24,000 bases of DNA, from positions 2,342,700-2,366,699 of the forward strand of contig NZ_CP022958.1 in NCBI RefSeq assembly GCF_006496635.1, read 5' to 3'. The notes under the pieces are model-generated. The model saw nothing but the letters and a program-made list of their open reading frames with translations. It did not search any database and had not been told where the DNA came from. A program made the position numbers and the translations under genes. Of this stretch, positions 23,978 to 24,000 are shown one piece after another. Origin of the DNA: Azoarcus sp. DD4. Its GTDB lineage: Bacteria > Pseudomonadota > Gammaproteobacteria > Burkholderiales > Rhodocyclaceae. Every line of letters begins with the position of its first letter. The first letter of the stretch is position 1.

Positions 23978-24000
23978 TGAAAGTCCTGACCTTGTTGTTC
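23977..24000 (+). CDS. start of a further co-oriented ORF (MKVLTLLF..., signal-peptide-like), truncated by the window end
   Basis: The ATG overlaps the preceding stop (TAATG at 23975-23979). Only 8 codons are visible. Confidence 0.3.

Noticed and set aside
1-24000. CRISPR arrays, tRNA/rRNA genes, prophage or toxin-antitoxin/defence modules
   Set aside because: I found no regularly spaced direct repeats, cloverleaf-like segments, rRNA-like conserved stretches, or phage or defence signature proteins on either strand.

Overview
High-GC (mid-60s % by eye, not computed) proteobacterial-type DNA. The centre of the window is a long + strand cluster built around a copper membrane monooxygenase (CuMMO) operon in C-A-B order (11239-14239). 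From memory, its subunits look closer to betaproteobacterial AmoCAB than to gammaproteobacterial PmoCAB. A FadL/TodX-type outer-membrane channel gene (9660-11087) and a strong sigma54-type -24/-12 promoter match (9405-9420) lie upstream. Downstream genes are: a PmoD/AmoD-like exported single-pass protein, a lipoprotein esterase of the PHB-depolymerase family, an EthD-family protein, CopC, a CopD fused to a c-type cytochrome and a Cys-less thioredoxin-fold domain, a small His/Met-rich periplasmic protein, a DUF2946 protein, a TonB-dependent receptor, and a BNR/Asp-box beta-propeller protein. The left third is on the minus strand. It holds a partial prpE, an IS5-family transposase relic, a membrane protein, an acetyl-CoA hydrolase/transferase-family CoA-transferase, a medium-chain-type acyl-CoA synthetase and a SAM methyltransferase. 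An apparently intact IS630-family element (6798-7900) and a Crp/Fnr-family regulator divergent from the CuMMO cluster follow. I saw no rRNA, tRNA or CRISPR array. The main candidate for something new is the AmoCAB-like enzyme in a setting that resembles neither a nitrifier nor a methanotroph. It is packaged with hydrophobic-substrate uptake, unusual accessory genes and a full copper-acquisition module. Many long ORFs in the track are antisense or off-frame artefacts of the high GC content.
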